From Gemmatimonadota bacterium (lineage in GTDB: Bacteria; Gemmatimonadota; Gemmatimonadetes; Gemmatimonadales; GWC2-71-9), in NCBI GenBank assembly GCA_029862925.1, contig JAOTWJ010000003.1, positions 429 through 64,428 on the forward strand: a DNA stretch of 64,000 nt. The letters are read 5' to 3'. Of this stretch, positions 48,899-58,017 are shown in pieces. The notes beneath the pieces were generated by a model. That model searched no databases. It worked only from the letters and a program-made list of their open reading frames with translations, and was not told where the DNA came from. Both the position numbers and the translations under genes were made by a program. The stretch's first letter is position 1, and each line of letters begins with the position of its first letter.

Positions 48899-49272
48899 TT
48901 TCCCTTACGGCGTACAAGGTCGTGCATCTGCTGGGCATCTTCCTCCTGATGACCGCGCTCGGTGGGCTCGCCATTCATGCCGCGAACGGCGGCGTTCGGC
49001 GCGAGTCGCTCACCCGGCGGCTCGTCTCCGGCACGCACGGGATCGCGTTGTTCTTGATCCCGTTGGGCGGGTTCGGCATGCTCGCGCGTCTGGGGGCTCC
49101 GGCCGGGTTCGGACTGCCGGGGTGGATCTGGGCCAAGCTGGCGATCTGGGTGCTGTTGGGCGCCGTGGCGATCGTTCCCTACCGGCGGCCACAATTTGCC
49201 CGCGCGGTGTTCGTGGCGGTGCCGACGCTGGCACTCGTGGCGGCCATCGTGGCGCTCACCAAACCGTCTTGA
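48895..49272 (+). CDS. Small 4-TM membrane protein (SirB2-like)
   Basis: YKVVHLLGI, HGIALFL, WIWAKL, C-term TKP. Confidence 0.7.
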   Translation: MISLTAYKVVHLLGIFLLMTALGGLAIHAANGGVRRESLTRRLVSGTHGIALFLIPLGGFGMLARLGAPAGFGLPGWIWAKLAIWVLLGAVAIVPYRRPQFARAVFVAVPTLALVAAIVALTKPS

Positions 49273-49283
49273 GGACGTGCACC

Positions 49284-49925
49284 ATGCCAACGATCCCGCT
49301 GGGCACGCTCGTCGTGCTGTTGACGCTCGCCGCCGCCTGCAGCGGCCGCGAGCAGGCCCAACCCGAATCGGCGGCGGCGACGCCGGCGCCACTGGACACG
49401 GTGGTGCTCGAAACCAGCAAGGGTCGGATCGTGATGGAGCTGGATCGCGCGCGCGCCCCCGTGTCGGTCGCCAACTTCGTGCGTCACGTGGGCGCGGGGT
49501 TCTATGACGGGCTCATCTTCCACCGCATCGCGCCGGACTTCGTGATTCAGGCGGGCGCGGTGACGGAAGATCTCGGCGAGCGGAAGAGCACCGTGTTCCC
49601 CATCGAGAACGAGGCCGCGAACGGGCTCAAGAACCTCCGCGGGACGGTCGCGATGGCGCGTCAGCTCGATCCGCACAGCGCCACGAGTGAGTTCTTCGTG
49701 AACCTGAAGGACAATCCCAAGCTCGACTACACCGCCTCCACGGCGCGCGAGTGGGGCTACGCGGTCTTCGGCCGCGTGATCGAGGGCTTGGACGTCGTGG
49801 ACGCGATCGCCAGGGCGGGCAGCGGGCCCCGGGGTCGGTTTCGGGAATTCCCCAAGGACCCGACCTTGATCCGGCGTGCGTACCGCATGGCCAGTCAGCC
49901 ACCGCCGGTGCAGGTGCAGGAGTGA
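49284..49925 (+). CDS. Cyclophilin-type peptidyl-prolyl isomerase (lipoprotein)
   Basis: AAAC lipobox; FYDGLIFHR, FVIQAG, GTVAMAR, SATSEFFVN, YAVFGRV. Confidence 0.93.
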   Translation: MPTIPLGTLVVLLTLAAACSGREQAQPESAAATPAPLDTVVLETSKGRIVMELDRARAPVSVANFVRHVGAGFYDGLIFHRIAPDFVIQAGAVTEDLGERKSTVFPIENEAANGLKNLRGTVAMARQLDPHSATSEFFVNLKDNPKLDYTASTAREWGYAVFGRVIEGLDVVDAIARAGSGPRGRFREFPKDPTLIRRAYRMASQPPPVQVQE

Positions 49926-50479
49926 ACGGGCCGCCCGCCCAACCCGAGCTCCTGACAGCGCGGCTCGTGCTGCGGGCGTTCGTCGCGACCGATGCCGACG
50001 AGGTTCAGCGGCTGGCGGGCGAGCGGGAGGTGGCCGAGACGACCCTCAACATCCCGTATCCCTACCCCGACGGGGCCGCCGAGGCGTGGATCGCCGAGCG
50101 TGCAGCAGCGTACGCCAGAGGAGAAGAGGTCGTGTTCGCGGTGACCGACCGCGCCCACGGCGCGCTCCTGGGCGCCGTGGGGTTGCGGCCCGCGCCGCGA
50201 CACGCGCGGGCCGAGTTGGGGTATTGGATCGGTCGCCCCTACTGGAGGCGCGGCTACGCCACCGAAGCCGTGCGTGCCGTGCTGCGGTATGGCTTCGACG
50301 CGCTCGACTTGAACCGGATCCACGCGTGCCATTTCGCCCGGAATCCCGCCTCCGGACGGGTGATGGCGAAGGCGGGCATGCGTGCGGAGGGCGTGTCGCG
50401 CCAGCATTTCCGACGTGGGGACCGTACTGAGGACGCGGTGCACTACGCAATCCTCCGGGAGGAGTTCGACAGCTCATGA
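49922..50479 (+). CDS. GNAT N-acetyltransferase (RimJ/RimL family)
   Basis: LLTARLVLR, AELGYW, WRRGYATEA, NPASGRVMAKAGM. Confidence 0.92.
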   Translation: MNGPPAQPELLTARLVLRAFVATDADEVQRLAGEREVAETTLNIPYPYPDGAAEAWIAERAAAYARGEEVVFAVTDRAHGALLGAVGLRPAPRHARAELGYWIGRPYWRRGYATEAVRAVLRYGFDALDLNRIHACHFARNPASGRVMAKAGMRAEGVSRQHFRRGDRTEDAVHYAILREEFDSS

Positions 50480-51525
50480 AGTGCGCACGCGCGATGGCGG
50501 GCGTAGCCCTGCTCGTAGCCATGACGGCCGCCGCGGCCGAGGCGCAGGAGGCGACCTCCGTGCCCGGCGTCGCCGGCGAGTTCCGGGGGATGTCGGCCCG
50601 CGGTGATGTGGTGTGGGCGAGCGGTCGCGCGGGCACCTATGCGCGCTCGACCGACGGGGGCGTCACGTGGGAGGCGGGTGTCATCCCCGGCGCCGAGACG
50701 CTGTTCCTCGTGGACGTGGAGGCGCTCGATGCCCGTGCAGCGTGCGTCCTGGCCACGAGCTTCGATGCCGGCGTCGGCCGCATCTATCGGACGCCCGACG
50801 GCGGGGCGACCTGGAGCGTCGCGTACGAGTTCGCCCATCCCGAGGTGTTCTTCGATGGCCTGGCGTTCTGGGATGCCGACCGCGGGGTGGCGTTCAGCGA
50901 CCCCGTTGATGGCGCGTTTCTCGTCGTCCGTACGACCAACGGCTGCGGCTCCTGGACCGAAGTCCCGCGCAAGCACCTGCCGACGCCGCTCGAGGGCGAG
51001 GCAGGGTTCGCCGCGAGCGGCACGGCGATCGCGGTCGCCGGAACGCGGCACGCCTGGATCGGAACCGGAGGGGGAGCGGTCGCCCGCGTGCTGCTCACGA
51101 CGGACAGCGGGGCGACCTGGACGGCACGCGCCACGCCCATGGCAGCAGGGCCGGCGACGGGGATCTTCGGGATCGCGTTCCGCGACACGCTGCACGGTGT
51201 CGCGGTCGGGGGGAATTATCAGCGGCCGGGCAGCGCCGCGCCCAACGTCCTGCGGACCGGTGACGGTGGGCGCACGTGGGCCTTCGTTGGCACGACCGCG
51301 CCACCCGGCGTGCGCTACGGCGCAGTGTACGTGCCGGGGTCGGGGACCGTGGTGGCCGGTGGCCCCACGGGCTTCGGGCTGTCGGACGATGACGGCGCGA
51401 CGTGGACGGCGGTGGATTCGGCCTTCACCTACGGCCTCACTGCCACCGGTGCGGCGGGGTGGGTGGCGGGGCCGGGCGGACGGATCGTTCGCCTCGGCCC
51501 CGACGTGCTGCGTAAGGCCCGTTAG
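50476..51525 (+). CDS. Secreted BNR/Asp-box repeat beta-propeller (YCF48-like)
   Basis: Repeated S/T-x-D-G-G-x-T-W motifs; FAASGT; signal peptide. Confidence 0.85.
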   Translation: MKCARAMAGVALLVAMTAAAAEAQEATSVPGVAGEFRGMSARGDVVWASGRAGTYARSTDGGVTWEAGVIPGAETLFLVDVEALDARAACVLATSFDAGVGRIYRTPDGGATWSVAYEFAHPEVFFDGLAFWDADRGVAFSDPVDGAFLVVRTTNGCGSWTEVPRKHLPTPLEGEAGFAASGTAIAVAGTRHAWIGTGGGAVARVLLTTDSGATWTARATPMAAGPATGIFGIAFRDTLHGVAVGGNYQRPGSAAPNVLRTGDGGRTWAFVGTTAPPGVRYGAVYVPGSGTVVAGGPTGFGLSDDDGATWTAVDSAFTYGLTATGAAGWVAGPGGRIVRLGPDVLRKAR

Positions 51526-52058
51526 TTCCGGCCCTGCGGCGTTCCCTTCCCTTCACCTTGGCAGCAGCTCTGCCCTTCCCGGTGCTGCATGCCCTGACCG
51601 GCCTTCGCGCCCCGCACCATCGCGCGCTGATCGGCCGTCAACAGCGCCATCGCGGCGAGGCCGGCTTCCATCTCCGCCCAGTGCGCCTGTCCCATTGAGT
51701 CGTGCGCCCCGGTGAAGTGCGCGCGGACGAGCTGTGGATTCACGTCGGCGGCATGCAGCGCCTCCATCATCTGCTGGCGATGCGTGTCGTGAGTCTTCAT
51801 GGCCTGATCGTGCTTGGCCTTGGCGTCCGCCTTGAGCTGCTCCAGCTTCGTCACCTGCTCGGCCGTGAGCTTGAGATCGGCCTTCCGCTCGAGTAGCTCC
51901 GCGGGGCCGAACGCCCGGAGCATCATGCCCGGCATCATCTCGCCCGAGGCATGCTCCATCCGGTGCATGTCTCCCTGATGTTGATGCTCTTGCGCCGCGA
52001 CCGGTGCGGTGAGCACCGCGAGCGCCGCAATCCCGATTCCTGCTGCCTGTAACCGCAT
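51522..52058 (-). CDS. Periplasmic Spy/CpxP-like protein with His/Met-rich N-terminus
   Basis: Signal peptide VAA|Q; LKLTAEQ and LLTADQR LTxxQ motifs; QEHQHQGDMHRMEH. Confidence 0.75.
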   Translation of the reverse strand: MRLQAAGIGIAALAVLTAPVAAQEHQHQGDMHRMEHASGEMMPGMMLRAFGPAELLERKADLKLTAEQVTKLEQLKADAKAKHDQAMKTHDTHRQQMMEALHAADVNPQLVRAHFTGAHDSMGQAHWAEMEAGLAAMALLTADQRAMVRGAKAGQGMQHREGQSCCQGEGKGTPQGRN

Positions 52059-52169
52059 CCCTGCCCCCTGTTAGGTCGAATCTCGAAGAACTTGGTCGCG
52101 GATCTGACGATCCCCGCGGCACGGGGAAGTTAGCCACCCGGATCTGAAACGGCGAAGGGGAGGGCAAGA

Positions 52170-52230
52170 CGTGACGCCGCTCACAATTCTGGGGCATGCA
52201 CATCGCATCCTTGATGTGATCCCGGTCACT
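52170..52230. promoter_or_regulatory. Two CRP/FNR-family boxes
   Basis: CGTGA-N6-TCACA (52170-52185) and TGTGA-N6-TCACT (52215-52230). Confidence 0.6.
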
Positions 52231-52272
52231 CCACCCCAGCGGCCTGGCTGCGAGACGGCGGGAGGGGTCGCG

Positions 52273-53148
52273 TCATTGAAACATCCAGCGACGGCCACCG
52301 CGGGCGGCGGCGTGCACGGCGTCGCCGAAGCGGCGGACTTCCTCCAGTCGTTCCGTGGAGAGTGGTCCGCGGCGGGCAGCCGCGACGTCGTCGCGCAGCT
52401 CGTCTGGGTGGCGCGCCGCACAGAGCACGAGATCCACCGCGGGGTGGGACAGCGCGAAGCGGTAGCACTCGCCCCCGGTCATGCCGACGGGGAATCCGGC
52501 GGCCGGCAACGGCTGCAGCAGCATGCCCCAGCGGGTCGCCGTATAGGCGATGATGGCGGGCCGGCGCGCACCAAGCCGCCCGAAGACCTCGGACTCGGCG
52601 CCGCGATGCGCCGCGTTGTAGCGGACCATGAGGGCGTCGAGGTCGAGTTCCTGAGCAAGCGCAGCAGCGAGCGGCCGGTCGTGGGAAGAGAAACCGATCA
52701 CGCGGACGGCTCCGGCGTCGCGCAGCGCCCGCAGGGCTGGCCAGCTGCGGCCCGCCACGGACCAGCGGGAGCGCACCCAGCCGAGCAGGAACACGTCGAT
52801 CACGTCGACGCCAAGGGCACGGGCGTGGCGCCGCCACGCCCGGCGGATCCCCCAGGCGGTGTGGATGCCGGCTTCCGCGATCAGCACGAGCTCGTGACGG
52901 TGCCCGGACGCGAGCAAGCGGCGCAGACCCGCGACCATGGCCCGCATGCTCCAGTGAAAGAGGAAGGTGTTGATGCCGTACTCGTGGAACGCCCGCTCCA
53001 CGTCGTCGGGCGTGAGGCGGCGGCCGCGCGGCCCGGCGCCGCGGACGGCGAACGCCGCAAGCGCCAGCGGCGTGACCTCCAGACCGGTGTGACCGAACGG
53101 GCGTCGTGCGAGCCGTGCCGCCGGAACGGTCTCGGTCGCGTTGCGCAT
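52273..53148 (-). CDS. Aldo/keto reductase-like protein (divergent)
   Basis: RRPFGHTGLEVT, LGVDVID, GAVRVIGFSSH, MVRYNAAH, RFALSHPAV. Confidence 0.78.
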   Translation of the reverse strand: MRNATETVPAARLARRPFGHTGLEVTPLALAAFAVRGAGPRGRRLTPDDVERAFHEYGINTFLFHWSMRAMVAGLRRLLASGHRHELVLIAEAGIHTAWGIRRAWRRHARALGVDVIDVFLLGWVRSRWSVAGRSWPALRALRDAGAVRVIGFSSHDRPLAAALAQELDLDALMVRYNAAHRGAESEVFGRLGARRPAIIAYTATRWGMLLQPLPAAGFPVGMTGGECYRFALSHPAVDLVLCAARHPDELRDDVAAARRGPLSTERLEEVRRFGDAVHAAARGGRRWMFQ

Positions 53149-53294
53149 CGTGCCCTCCCCGACGTCGTCGAGGTGTAAGTTACTCAGCGCAATGCGCTGC
53201 ATTCGAGGACGGGCCCGCGTGCTGGTGCGCGACGAGCTGAACCGGTCGGCGGCCGCTCCTGGGCGATCGCCGCCAAACCCGCGGGGAGAATGCC

Positions 53295-55601
53295 ATGCCA
53301 CCGCGTGACGCGCGTGAGGGTAAGGGGGCAGGACTCGGGCCGCTGCCGGATGACGTCTGGCGGGCGCTCCTCGAGCGTGCGCTCGTGCGCGACGTGGTCC
53401 TGATCGTGGACGCGCGTGGTACGCTGCGGTACGTGAGTCCGTCGGCGGAGTCCGTGCTCGCCCTTCGGCCCCAGGACGTCGTGGGACGCTCCCTGTGGGA
53501 CCTCCTGCATCCCGAAGACCGTCCCGGCGCCCAGGCGCAGCTGGCCGAGCCGGTCGGGACGTCGGGCGTCGCCGCGCCTGTCGAGGTACGGGTCCAGCAC
53601 GGGGACGGGTCATGGCGGGTGCTGGAAGCGGCCGGCGCGACGCTGCCGGAGGCCACCGGGCTCCGCTGCGTGGTCGCGCGCGACGTCACCGCCCGCGGCG
53701 AGCAGGACGCCAAGCTGCGTCTATCCGACAGCATCCTCGCCTCGGTCGGCAATGTCGTCGTGGTCGCCGACGCCACTGGTGCAATCCAGTATGTGAGCCC
53801 TTCGGTGCGCAGCCTGCTCGGCTACGAGCCGGCGGAGCTCCTCGGGGACGGCTGGTGGCTGCGGACTGGCGGCGACCCCGAGGAGCGCGCGCGGGAGCGC
53901 GATCGCGTCGCCGCCATGGCCGCCGGCGACCTGCCGGTGCCGGGCGGCAGTTACGAGCGTCAGGTGACCAACCGCAGCGGCGACGTCCGCTGGATGGCGT
54001 GGACCGACGCGCGCGGGCCGGACGGACTGCTCATCGGGGTCGGACTGGACGTCACCGAGCGGCGCCAGGCGGAGGAGGCGCTACGCGAGTCGGAGGCGCA
54101 GTTCCGTGCGCTGATTGCGCACGCCGTGTACGGGATCTTCCGCGCGACACACGAGGGGCGCTTCCTCGTCGCGAATCCGGCTCTCGTGGAGCTGCTGGGC
54201 TACGCGACCGAAGCCGAAGTGCTGGCCCTGGACCTGGCGCACGACGTGTGTGCGGAAGGGGGGCGCACCCTGGAGGTGCTGCTGCGCGCCGGCGAGGAAC
54301 CGATCCGTGGGGCCGATGTGACGTGGAACCGCCGCGGGGCCGGCCAATTCACGGCCCGCCTCAGCGGCCGGGCGATTCGCGACCCCGACGGCGGCGTGCG
54401 GCACGTCGAGGTGCTCGTCGAAGACGTGACCGCCCGCCGGAACCTGGAAATTCAGCTGCAGCATTCACAGCGCCTGGACGCGATCGGGCAGCTCACGGCG
54501 GGGATCGCGCACGACTTCAACAACATCCTCACGAGCATCGTGGCCAACGCCGAGCTCGTGACCGCCAACCTGCCGCCGGAGTCGGTGGACCTCCGGGCCG
54601 ATCTGCACGACATCACCGCCGTCGCCACCCGCGGGGCGGAGATGATCAAGAAGCTGATGGCGTTCAGTCGGCGGGAGCACCTTGCCCTCGAGGCACTCGA
54701 CGTCGAACGGCTGCTCCGCGAGATGGCGGGGGTGTTCCGCCGCGTGCTGCCGGAGAGTATCGAGGTCGCGGTCGGCGTCCGGGACGTCGGGACGGCGCGG
54801 TTGAACCGCAGCGCCATCGAACAGGTGCTGCTCAATCTCGCCACCAATGCGCGCGACGCGATGCCGGACGGCGGCACCCTGCGGATCGAGGCGGAACCGG
54901 TCACCCTGACCGGATCCCTCGCCGGAGTCAGCACGCCGATCGCGCCCGGGCAATATGTGCGCGTGACGGTATCCGACACGGGCGTGGGCATGGAAGCACG
55001 CGTCGCAGAGCGGATCTTCGAGCCCTTCTTCACGACGAAGCCCGCCGGCAAGGGCACGGGCCTCGGACTCGCCATGGTGTACGGATTGGTGAAACAGCAG
55101 GGGGGCTACATCACGGTCTCGAGCACGCCGCGTCGCGGGACGCGTTTTCAGCTCTACTTCCCCACCACGTTCCCGGCCGGCCTGCAGGGGGAAGTGGAGC
55201 CGGCCGTCGATCTCGTCGGCGGCACGGAAAACATCCTGCTGGTGGAGGATGACGAGGCGATCCGGCGGTTGGCGAAGCGGCTGCTCGAGCGCTTTGGCTA
55301 TCACGTAGTCGTCGCGGTTGACGGGCAGGACGCGGCGGAGTTCCTGCGCGAGCATGGCGGCGCCATCGATCTCGTGATCTCGGACGTGGTGATGCCACGC
55401 GTGAGCGGCCCCGAGCTGCTGGATATCGCAAGGGCCAGCGGCAATCGCGTGCGTTTCATCTTCACCAGCGGCTACGCCGCCGAGCAGACCCGGCTGCAGA
55501 CACCGGTGCTCGCGCGCCATCCGTTTCTGCACAAGCCGTGGACCGTGGCCGAGCTCCTCACCACGATCCGCACCGTCCTGAACGCCCCGGCGCTCGAGTG
55601 A
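53295..55601 (+). CDS. Cytoplasmic hybrid histidine kinase (3 PAS, HisKA, HATPase, receiver)
   Basis: YVSPS/HPED PAS repeats; AHDFNN, NLATNARDAM, DTGVGM, FEPFFTTK, GTGLGL; LVEDD, SDVVMP, KP. Confidence 0.95.
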   Translation: MPPRDAREGKGAGLGPLPDDVWRALLERALVRDVVLIVDARGTLRYVSPSAESVLALRPQDVVGRSLWDLLHPEDRPGAQAQLAEPVGTSGVAAPVEVRVQHGDGSWRVLEAAGATLPEATGLRCVVARDVTARGEQDAKLRLSDSILASVGNVVVVADATGAIQYVSPSVRSLLGYEPAELLGDGWWLRTGGDPEERARERDRVAAMAAGDLPVPGGSYERQVTNRSGDVRWMAWTDARGPDGLLIGVGLDVTERRQAEEALRESEAQFRALIAHAVYGIFRATHEGRFLVANPALVELLGYATEAEVLALDLAHDVCAEGGRTLEVLLRAGEEPIRGADVTWNRRGAGQFTARLSGRAIRDPDGGVRHVEVLVEDVTARRNLEIQLQHSQRLDAIGQLTAGIAHDFNNILTSIVANAELVTANLPPESVDLRADLHDITAVATRGAEMIKKLMAFSRREHLALEALDVERLLREMAGVFRRVLPESIEVAVGVRDVGTARLNRSAIEQVLLNLATNARDAMPDGGTLRIEAEPVTLTGSLAGVSTPIAPGQYVRVTVSDTGVGMEARVAERIFEPFFTTKPAGKGTGLGLAMVYGLVKQQGGYITVSSTPRRGTRFQLYFPTTFPAGLQGEVEPAVDLVGGTENILLVEDDEAIRRLAKRLLERFGYHVVVAVDGQDAAEFLREHGGAIDLVISDVVMPRVSGPELLDIARASGNRVRFIFTSGYAAEQTRLQTPVLARHPFLHKPWTVAELLTTIRTVLNAPALE

Positions 55602-55625
55602 CCCCTCGGTGGGCGTCGCCTGCCC

Positions 55626-55970
55626 TCAGGCGCGCACCATCGTCAGCTGCATCGTGAAGCGCGAGATCGCGCGAACCGCGTGCGGGCGATTCGCCGGCAG
55701 CCGCAGCGCTTCCCCGGCCGGGACGCGGTGGACGACACCCGCCACCGTGATTTCCGCTTCCCCATCGAGGACCTGGACGAGCGCGTCAAACGGAGCGGTA
55801 TGCTCGCTCAACTCCTGCCCGGCGTCGAAGGCGAAGACCGTCACACTGCCACCGGTGGTCTTGAGCAGCACGCGGCTGACGATCGCGCCGTCCTGGTAGG
55901 CGACGAGCGCCGCCAACGCCTGAGGGTGATCGAGCGGGGGGTGGTGCGACACGACCGTTCCTTTCGCCAC
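55626..55970 (-). CDS. Cupin domain protein
   Basis: FAFDAGQELSEHTAPFDA, LPANRPHAV. Confidence 0.9.
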   Translation of the reverse strand: MAKGTVVSHHPPLDHPQALAALVAYQDGAIVSRVLLKTTGGSVTVFAFDAGQELSEHTAPFDALVQVLDGEAEITVAGVVHRVPAGEALRLPANRPHAVRAISRFTMQLTMVRA

Positions 55971-56027
55971 GGGTTGGCAGGCGCACGACGGACGGAAGCG
56001 AATCTAGCACGTGCGGACGGCTGAAAC

Positions 56028-56137
56028 CGTCCTCCACAGAGGACAACTTGACGCCACTCTCGGAGCGCTCAATGTACTCTAATCCGTTATAAAGCAACCA
56101 CTTAAGTGGCATTTTGCTCGACTGGCATGCCGCCTGC
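56028..56137 (+). promoter_or_regulatory. Putative sigma54 promoter with palindromic UAS and IHF-like site
   Basis: CGTCCTCCACAGAGGACA (56028-56045); AAGCAACCACTTA (56092-56104); TGGCATGCCGCCTGC (56123-56137). Confidence 0.6.
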
Positions 56138-56185
56138 GTTTTCACCGGTCAGAAGCCTGGCCCGACTCACTCAACGGAGGTGGCG

Positions 56186-56599
56186 ATGCGGAGCTTCTTG
56201 GTCAGCGCGGTGATGGTGGGTTTGCTTGTTCTCGCCGGACACCCGGCGGAGGCGCAGGACCTGCGCGTCGCGGTCTCGTTCCGCGTCAACGAGCACGTCG
56301 CGGGAACCGTGCACTACGGTACGTACCCCACGCACCGGCACGGTCCGGTCGTCGTGCACCCGGCCCCAGTGCGCGCGGTGCCTCGCGGCGTCGTGATCGT
56401 CGGTCACGAGCATGGGCGGGTCGCCAAGCGGCTGCGGAAGCTCGAGCGGGAGCACGCGAAGTACCATCGCCAGCTCGAACGCGAACGCGCGAAGGCCTAC
56501 CGGAAACACCAGTCCCATTACGCGCCGGCAGGCCTCGTGGTAGTGGGGTACGGTCGGGACGATGACCGGTACGAACGGTACGACCGGTACGACCGCTAG
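56186..56599 (+). CDS. Small secreted His/Arg-rich hypothetical protein
   Basis: GGAGGT SD; signal peptide AEA|Q; basic coiled segment; C-terminal (D/E)RY repeats. Confidence 0.75.
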   Translation: MRSFLVSAVMVGLLVLAGHPAEAQDLRVAVSFRVNEHVAGTVHYGTYPTHRHGPVVVHPAPVRAVPRGVVIVGHEHGRVAKRLRKLEREHAKYHRQLERERAKAYRKHQSHYAPAGLVVVGYGRDDDRYERYDRYDR

Positions 56600-56620
56600 A
56601 CGGTAGCGGACGCGGTGTGA

Positions 56621-56652
56621 CGGGCCCGGTGTGCCATGGCGCGCCGGGCCCG
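56621..56652 (+). terminator. GC-rich hairpin after secreted-protein gene
   Basis: CGGGCCCGGTGTGCC-AT-GGCGCGCCGGGCCCG. Confidence 0.5.
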
Positions 56653-56694
56653 CCGCATTCCCGTCTTCCCGCGCCCGTGCTATACTAGCCACGC

Positions 56695-57657
56695 GTGGAT
56701 CCGTTCGAGCTCCTCCGACTCAATCTCCTTTCTCCTGTCGTCTTGGCCTTTGCCCTCGGCCTCGTCGCGACGGCCGTGAAGAGCGACCTCAAGTTCCCCG
56801 ACGAGCTCTACACGGCGCTTTCCATCTACCTGCTGCTCGCCATCGGCCTCAAAGGCGGCGCGGAGCTGGCCCGGACGTCGCTCGCGGTGTTCTGGCGCCC
56901 GGCTGTGGTGACGGTCGGACTGGGCGTACTCACGCCGATCATCGCATACGTCGTCGCGCGGCGGGCAGGACGGCTCGCGGTCGCCGACGCCGCGGCGCTC
57001 GCCGCGCACTACGGCTCGGTGTCGGTCGTGACGTTCTTTGCCGCTCTGGGATTTCTGGAAGCGCTGGGCGTACCGGCAGAGCCGTTCCTGCCGACGCTGG
57101 TCGCCCTCCTCGAGATCCCGGCCATCATGGTGGCGTTGGCGATCGCGCACCGGCAGCTGACACGCACGAGTTGGGGGACGATCGCGCACGAAGTCATCGC
57201 CGGACGCAGCGTGTTCCTGCTGCTCGGCGGTCTGGTGATCGGGTATCTCGCGGGCGCGGACGGCTTGGAACGGGTCCGCCCGCTGTTCGTGGACCTGTTC
57301 CAGGGAGTGCTGCTGCTCTTCCTCCTGGACATGGGCATGGTTGCTGCCCGGCGGCTCCGCGATCTGCGGCAGACTGGTCCGTTTCTGGTGGCCTTCGCGG
57401 TGGTGGTGCCGATCCTCCACGGCCTGCTGGGGACCGCACTCGGCCGGGTCGCGGGGCTGTCCGTCGGAGGCGCGACAGTGTTGGGAGTGCTCGCCGCGAG
57501 CGCGTCCTACATCGCGGCGCCCGCGGCCGTACGCATCGCGCTCCCGCAGGCCAACCCGAGTCTCTACTTGACGGCCGCGCTCGGCCTCACCTTTCCGTTC
57601 AACCTGACGATCGGGATACCGTTATTCTACGTGGTGGCCCGCGCGATGGGCGCATAG
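56695..57657 (+). CDS. sbtA: Sodium-dependent bicarbonate transporter family permease SbtA
   Basis: KSDLKFP, IYLLLAIGLKGG, AAHYGSVS, FLLDMG, ASASYIAAPAA, TFPFNL.IGIP. Confidence 0.92.
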   Translation: MDPFELLRLNLLSPVVLAFALGLVATAVKSDLKFPDELYTALSIYLLLAIGLKGGAELARTSLAVFWRPAVVTVGLGVLTPIIAYVVARRAGRLAVADAAALAAHYGSVSVVTFFAALGFLEALGVPAEPFLPTLVALLEIPAIMVALAIAHRQLTRTSWGTIAHEVIAGRSVFLLLGGLVIGYLAGADGLERVRPLFVDLFQGVLLLFLLDMGMVAARRLRDLRQTGPFLVAFAVVVPILHGLLGTALGRVAGLSVGGATVLGVLAASASYIAAPAAVRIALPQANPSLYLTAALGLTFPFNLTIGIPLFYVVARAMGA

Positions 57658-57669
57658 CCGGGGGACGAC

Positions 57670-58017
57670 GTGCGCACCAGAGAGATGAAACTCGTGACCA
57701 TCGTGGCGGAGGCCGTCCTCGAGCGCCGTCTGCTCGATGAGCTCGCGGCCGCGGGCGCCTCCGGCTATACCCTGGGCGAGGTGACGGGCGTCGGTTCCCG
57801 CGGCGTGCGGGCCACGGAGTTCGAGGGGAAGAACGTGCGGATCGAGACGCTGGTCGGCCCGGCCGTGGCCGATCGCCTGCTCGCGGACCTCGCCGAGCGG
57901 TACTTCGACCACTACGCGCTGGTGGTGTGGGTGACGGACGTAGACGTGGTGCGAGGCGAGAAGTACCTCTCGGCGCCGCCGGACGGGCAGGAGAGGCGAC
58001 CGGGAGGTGGGTCATGA
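57670..58017 (+). CDS. sbtB: P-II-like regulator SbtB
   Basis: KLVTIVAEAVLE, GASGYT, G.GSRG, NVRIET, VVRGEKY; directly after sbtA. Confidence 0.88.
   Translation: MRTREMKLVTIVAEAVLERRLLDELAAAGASGYTLGEVTGVGSRGVRATEFEGKNVRIETLVGPAVADRLLADLAERYFDHYALVVWVTDVDVVRGEKYLSAPPDGQERRPGGGS

Noticed and set aside
52177..52188. 12-nt match to the lac operator half (AATTGTGAGCGG, minus strand)
   Set aside because: Second half absent and no vector context; better explained as part of a CRP-like box
52059..52272. Cys-containing short ORF or structured ncRNA upstream of the Spy-like gene
   Set aside because: No convincing SD, family motif or recognisable RNA fold; treated as a promoter region
56563..56599. 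9-bp tandem repeats as CRISPR or mobile repeat
   Set aside because: In-frame coding repeats without spacers; no cas genes
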